The notes below the pieces were generated by a model that worked only from the letters and a program-made list of their open reading frames with translations, ran no database searches and was not told the origin of the DNA. A DNA stretch of 64,000 nucleotides from an uncultured Candidatus Rokubacteria bacterium (GTDB taxonomy: Bacteria; Methylomirabilota; Methylomirabilia; Rokubacteriales; CSP1-6), in NCBI GenBank assembly GCA_963771355.1, contig CAVYTA010000006.1, forward strand, positions 960,001-1,024,000. The letters run 5' to 3'. Below, piece after piece: positions 60,928 through 64,000 of this stretch. Made by a program: the position numbers and the translations under genes. Each line of letters opens with the position of its first letter. Position 1 is the stretch's first letter.

Positions 60928-63047
60928 GCGAAAACCCCCAGCGAGAGCGTGAGGGTGCGCGCCCAGGTCTCGCCGGGGGCCAGATGGAGCGGCCAGGCGA
61001 AGACGATCGAGGAGCCTTGGTAAATACGCTCGAGCCCCGCCTCGGACAGGGACACCGTCTCCACCGGCGCCCACGCCACCTCCGCCGGCACCGGCGTCCC
61101 CAGCGCGAGCTCGACCCCGAGCCACTCGTCGACGAGGCTCAACCCGTCCAGGGCCGCGCGGGCGCCCTGGCTGCCCAGCGACGGCCGGTCCGGAAGCCGA
61201 TAGTACCGGCCCGGCGCCGCGCCCGCGGTGAGGGCAAGATTCCACTGCACCGCCCAGCGCCCGTCGAGCCGCCCGGTCCCGCGCCACGCGAGCCGGTACG
61301 CCACGGTGAGGCGCGCCCCCTCCGCGTGCAGGGTCACCGACTTCTCGATCGCCAGCGGTACCACCGGCCCGCCGTCGGCGGTGAGGGTGACCTCGATGGC
61401 GTCCGGTCGCTCGCGCACCCGATACGCCATCTCCGTGCCGGCGAAGACCAGCGGCGCGCCTTCCCAGGGATCGAGCGCGTTCACGGGGGCATCGGACGCA
61501 AGCACCCCTTCCCGTAAGGACGCGCGCCGCACGGTGTCGTACTCGAGGAGCCGGGCGAGCCCGGCCTCCTTCGCGTCGATCCGGTCGTGAATGCTGCGCG
61601 TCCCACCCCCGTCCGCCGCGGCGGCATCCGCCTCCTTGATGCGGGCGTGATAGGCCTCGCGGCGCCGCGTGAGCACGTCGGCCGCGTCGAGCGCGCGCGG
61701 GCGGAAGGCCAGCTCGCTGAGACTGCCGCCCGCATGCGGGGCGAGCGTCACCCCCAGATCGCGGCTTCGGAGACGCAGCTCGGTGCGCCCGGCGGCGTTG
61801 TCCCGTCCCGCTTCCCAGCCGAGCGCGGGAACCGCCCCCGCTGCCACCAGTCGATCCTCGGCCTCGATGAGCGCGGAACGAACGCCGCGGCGGAGGTGCG
61901 GGAGATAGCAGCCGCCGAACACGCCGTGCCAGTAGGCGTCGTTGGCCTGCCCGCGCCAGAGACGCTCCCGCGCCTCGAGAAGGAGCGGATCGGCCGGGCG
62001 CGCGGCAAGCGCGACCTCCAGGCGGCGGGAGAGGCGAAGCATGCGCCAGTACGCGTCGCCCATTTCCGGATACTTCACGAGGAAGCCCCGCCAGAAGCCG
62101 CCGCGCAGCAGTCGGCCCAGGCGCGCGCCGTCGGGAAGATCCCGGAGCCGGGCCCGCGCCTCCTCGATTTCTGCCGCCGCCGGCGCGGGCAGCGACCATT
62201 CGCCCATCTCCGAGTAGGACGCGGTGGGAAGGTATACGCGCCCCCGCGGCGGCTGGCTGTCCAGCACCCGCGAGAAGGTGGACACCGCCAGCCAGGGCGC
62301 GCTCCGGAGCGTGTCGAGGAACCGACGCAGCCAGCCCTCCGTGTACACGAGCCGGTGGGTGCCTGGCCAGACGCCGAACTTCTCGCCATCGTCCACCAGG
62401 GTGACGCTGCCCGCCCCGCGCCGCGACTCCAGGTACTCGAGGCTGGCGCGGGGATCGGCGAAGGGCACCAGGTAGCGAAGGCGCTCGCTGATGGGGAATA
62501 CCGCCAAGGGCTGGCCCTCGTCCTCGGTGAGGAAGTAGCCGCCCACCGACTCGGGATCCAGGCCGGCGAGGGCGAAGTGGTGGTCGTCCACCACGACGTA
62601 CTCGACCCCCGCCGCGGCCAGCGCGCGCGGGAGCTGCGGCTCCCACACCCGTTCCGCCAGCCACATGCCGCGGGGGGTGACGCCGAAGCTGACGCGGAGG
62701 AACTCGGTCAGCCGCTGGATCTGGCCCACCTTGTCGGGCTCCCGCAGCATGGGGAGGATGGGCTCGTAGAACCCGCCGGTGAGGAGCTCGACCCGGCCCG
62801 AGGCAGCCAGCTCGCCGAGGAGATCGAAGGTCTTGCCCGCATGCTCGCGCAGCCAGCCCAGCAGGCTGCCGGAGCAATGCACGGTGAGGGCGACGTCCGG
62901 CTCGCTTCGGAGCACCTCGAAGAAGGGGTGGTAGGCGGCGGCCGTCGCCTCCGCGATCACCCCATCGAAGTTACCGGCCGGCTGATGATTGTGGACGCCG
63001 AAGAGGAAGTGCAGCTCGGCGCCGGCCGCGTCCGGCGCGCTCGTCAC
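60924..63047 (-). CDS. GH57 alpha-amylase/4-alpha-glucanotransferase
   Basis: HNHQP, GMWLAERVW, DDGEKFGVWP, DAYWHGVFGG. Confidence 0.9.
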   Translation of the reverse strand: MTSAPDAAGAELHFLFGVHNHQPAGNFDGVIAEATAAAYHPFFEVLRSEPDVALTVHCSGSLLGWLREHAGKTFDLLGELAASGRVELLTGGFYEPILPMLREPDKVGQIQRLTEFLRVSFGVTPRGMWLAERVWEPQLPRALAAAGVEYVVVDDHHFALAGLDPESVGGYFLTEDEGQPLAVFPISERLRYLVPFADPRASLEYLESRRGAGSVTLVDDGEKFGVWPGTHRLVYTEGWLRRFLDTLRSAPWLAVSTFSRVLDSQPPRGRVYLPTASYSEMGEWSLPAPAAAEIEEARARLRDLPDGARLGRLLRGGFWRGFLVKYPEMGDAYWRMLRLSRRLEVALAARPADPLLLEARERLWRGQANDAYWHGVFGGCYLPHLRRGVRSALIEAEDRLVAAGAVPALGWEAGRDNAAGRTELRLRSRDLGVTLAPHAGGSLSELAFRPRALDAADVLTRRREAYHARIKEADAAAADGGGTRSIHDRIDAKEAGLARLLEYDTVRRASLREGVLASDAPVNALDPWEGAPLVFAGTEMAYRVRERPDAIEVTLTADGGPVVPLAIEKSVTLHAEGARLTVAYRLAWRGTGRLDGRWAVQWNLALTAGAAPGRYYRLPDRPSLGSQGARAALDGLSLVDEWLGVELALGTPVPAEVAWAPVETVSLSEAGLERIYQGSSIVFAWPLHLAPGETWARTLTLSLGVFA

Positions 63048-63937
63048 TCCCGGCCCAGGTCCCGGTGACGGACGATCGGCGCGAAGCCCTGTCCCTCGAG
63101 GAAGGTGCGCAGCGACTCCACAAAGGCCACCGAGCGATGCTTGCCGCCGGTACAGCCGAGCGCGATGGCGAGGTAGGCCTTGCCCTCGCGCTGATAGAGG
63201 GGCAGGAGGAACTGGACGAGGTCCTCCAGGCGGCTCAGCAGCTCCCTGCTCTCCGGGTGAGCAAACAGCCAGTCGGTGACCTCGCGGTCGCGACCGTCAT
63301 GCGCGCGCAGGGCCTCCACGAAGTGCGGGTTGGGCAGGAAGCGCAAGTCGAACACCAGGTCGGCGTCGTACGGGAGGCCGTGCTTGAATCCGAAGGACAC
63401 CAGGGACACCGTGAGCGTCCCGCGCGGGCGCGGAGTGCCGTACATCTGGATGAGGCGGTCCTTGAGCTGATGCACGGTCAGGCTCGAGGTGTCGAGGATC
63501 TGGTCCGCCGCCTCGCGGAGGTGGGCGAGGGCCTTGCGCTCGGCGCGGATGCCGTCCAGCACGTTCCCCTCGCCGGCGAGGGGATGGCGCCGGCGGGTCT
63601 CGTGGTAGCGCCGCACCAGGATCTCGTCGGACGCCTCGAGGAAGAGAACCTCGGGAACATGTCCGGTTCCGCGAATCGTCCCGAGGATCTCCAGGAGGTG
63701 CTCGAGGTATTCGCCCTCGCGCACGTCCACCCCCAGTGCAATGTTGGTCATCCCGCGGCTGGACTGCGCGCACAGCTCGGCGAAGGTCGGGATCAGGGTG
63801 GTGGGGAGGTTGTCCACGCAGAAGTAACCCAGGTCCTCGAAGCACTTGATGGCGTAGCTCTTCCCCGCCCCGGACAGCCCGGTGATGATGACGAAGCGCA
63901 GGCGCTCCGGAAGGGTCGCCGGGGGCGTCGCCGTCAT
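63044..63937 (-). CDS. rapZ: RNase adapter RapZ
   Basis: GLSGAGKS, VDNLP, SFGFKHG, GCTGGKHRSV. Confidence 0.94.
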   Translation of the reverse strand: MTATPPATLPERLRFVIITGLSGAGKSYAIKCFEDLGYFCVDNLPTTLIPTFAELCAQSSRGMTNIALGVDVREGEYLEHLLEILGTIRGTGHVPEVLFLEASDEILVRRYHETRRRHPLAGEGNVLDGIRAERKALAHLREAADQILDTSSLTVHQLKDRLIQMYGTPRPRGTLTVSLVSFGFKHGLPYDADLVFDLRFLPNPHFVEALRAHDGRDREVTDWLFAHPESRELLSRLEDLVQFLLPLYQREGKAYLAIALGCTGGKHRSVAFVESLRTFLEGQGFAPIVRHRDLGRE

Positions 63938-64000
63938 GCCACCGGCTCGATGAGGCCGAAGCCGCCGGCTCGGCCCCGATAGAGCACGTTCACCGTACCC
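63934..64000 (-). CDS. hpf: C-terminus of long HPF/RaiA ribosome hibernation factor (partial)
   Basis: GTVNVLYRGRAGGFGLIEP matches the long-HPF C-terminal motif. Confidence 0.65.
   Translation of the reverse strand, partial: GTVNVLYRGRAGGFGLIEPVA

Overview
High-GC bacterial chromosome segment from a diderm (LptF/G, secretin-like gene). Gene content and the expanded Tat-type ABC substrate-binding family suggest Candidatus Rokubacteria/Methylomirabilota (inference only). Housekeeping genes run on + from 1 to ~33.3 kb (rpsA, sppA, ihfB, mutSL, miaA, hflX, der, ihfA, surE, pcm, nlpD-like, rpoS-like, two tRNA-Pro) and almost all on - from 33.7 kb to the end (paa-like cluster, miaB, accA, dnaE, guaA, guaB3, coaX, birA, valS, metK, GH57, rapZ). 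They converge on a canonical 28-bp dif site at 33563-33590, so the window probably spans the replication terminus. An accessory region (~20.3-30 kb) around tRNA-Arg(CCT) holds a decayed tyrosine integrase, an XRE regulator, duplicated or chimeric small genes, and six full or fragmentary copies of an orphan ABC substrate-binding gene. Other notable signals are a 421-aa LAGLIDADG intein in DnaE, a dispersed two-module repeat that enters the DnaE (and possibly MiaA) N-terminus, a 12-bp repeat array in the metK leader, a lone PaaA-like diiron gene, and a frameshift plus CTG start in guaA.
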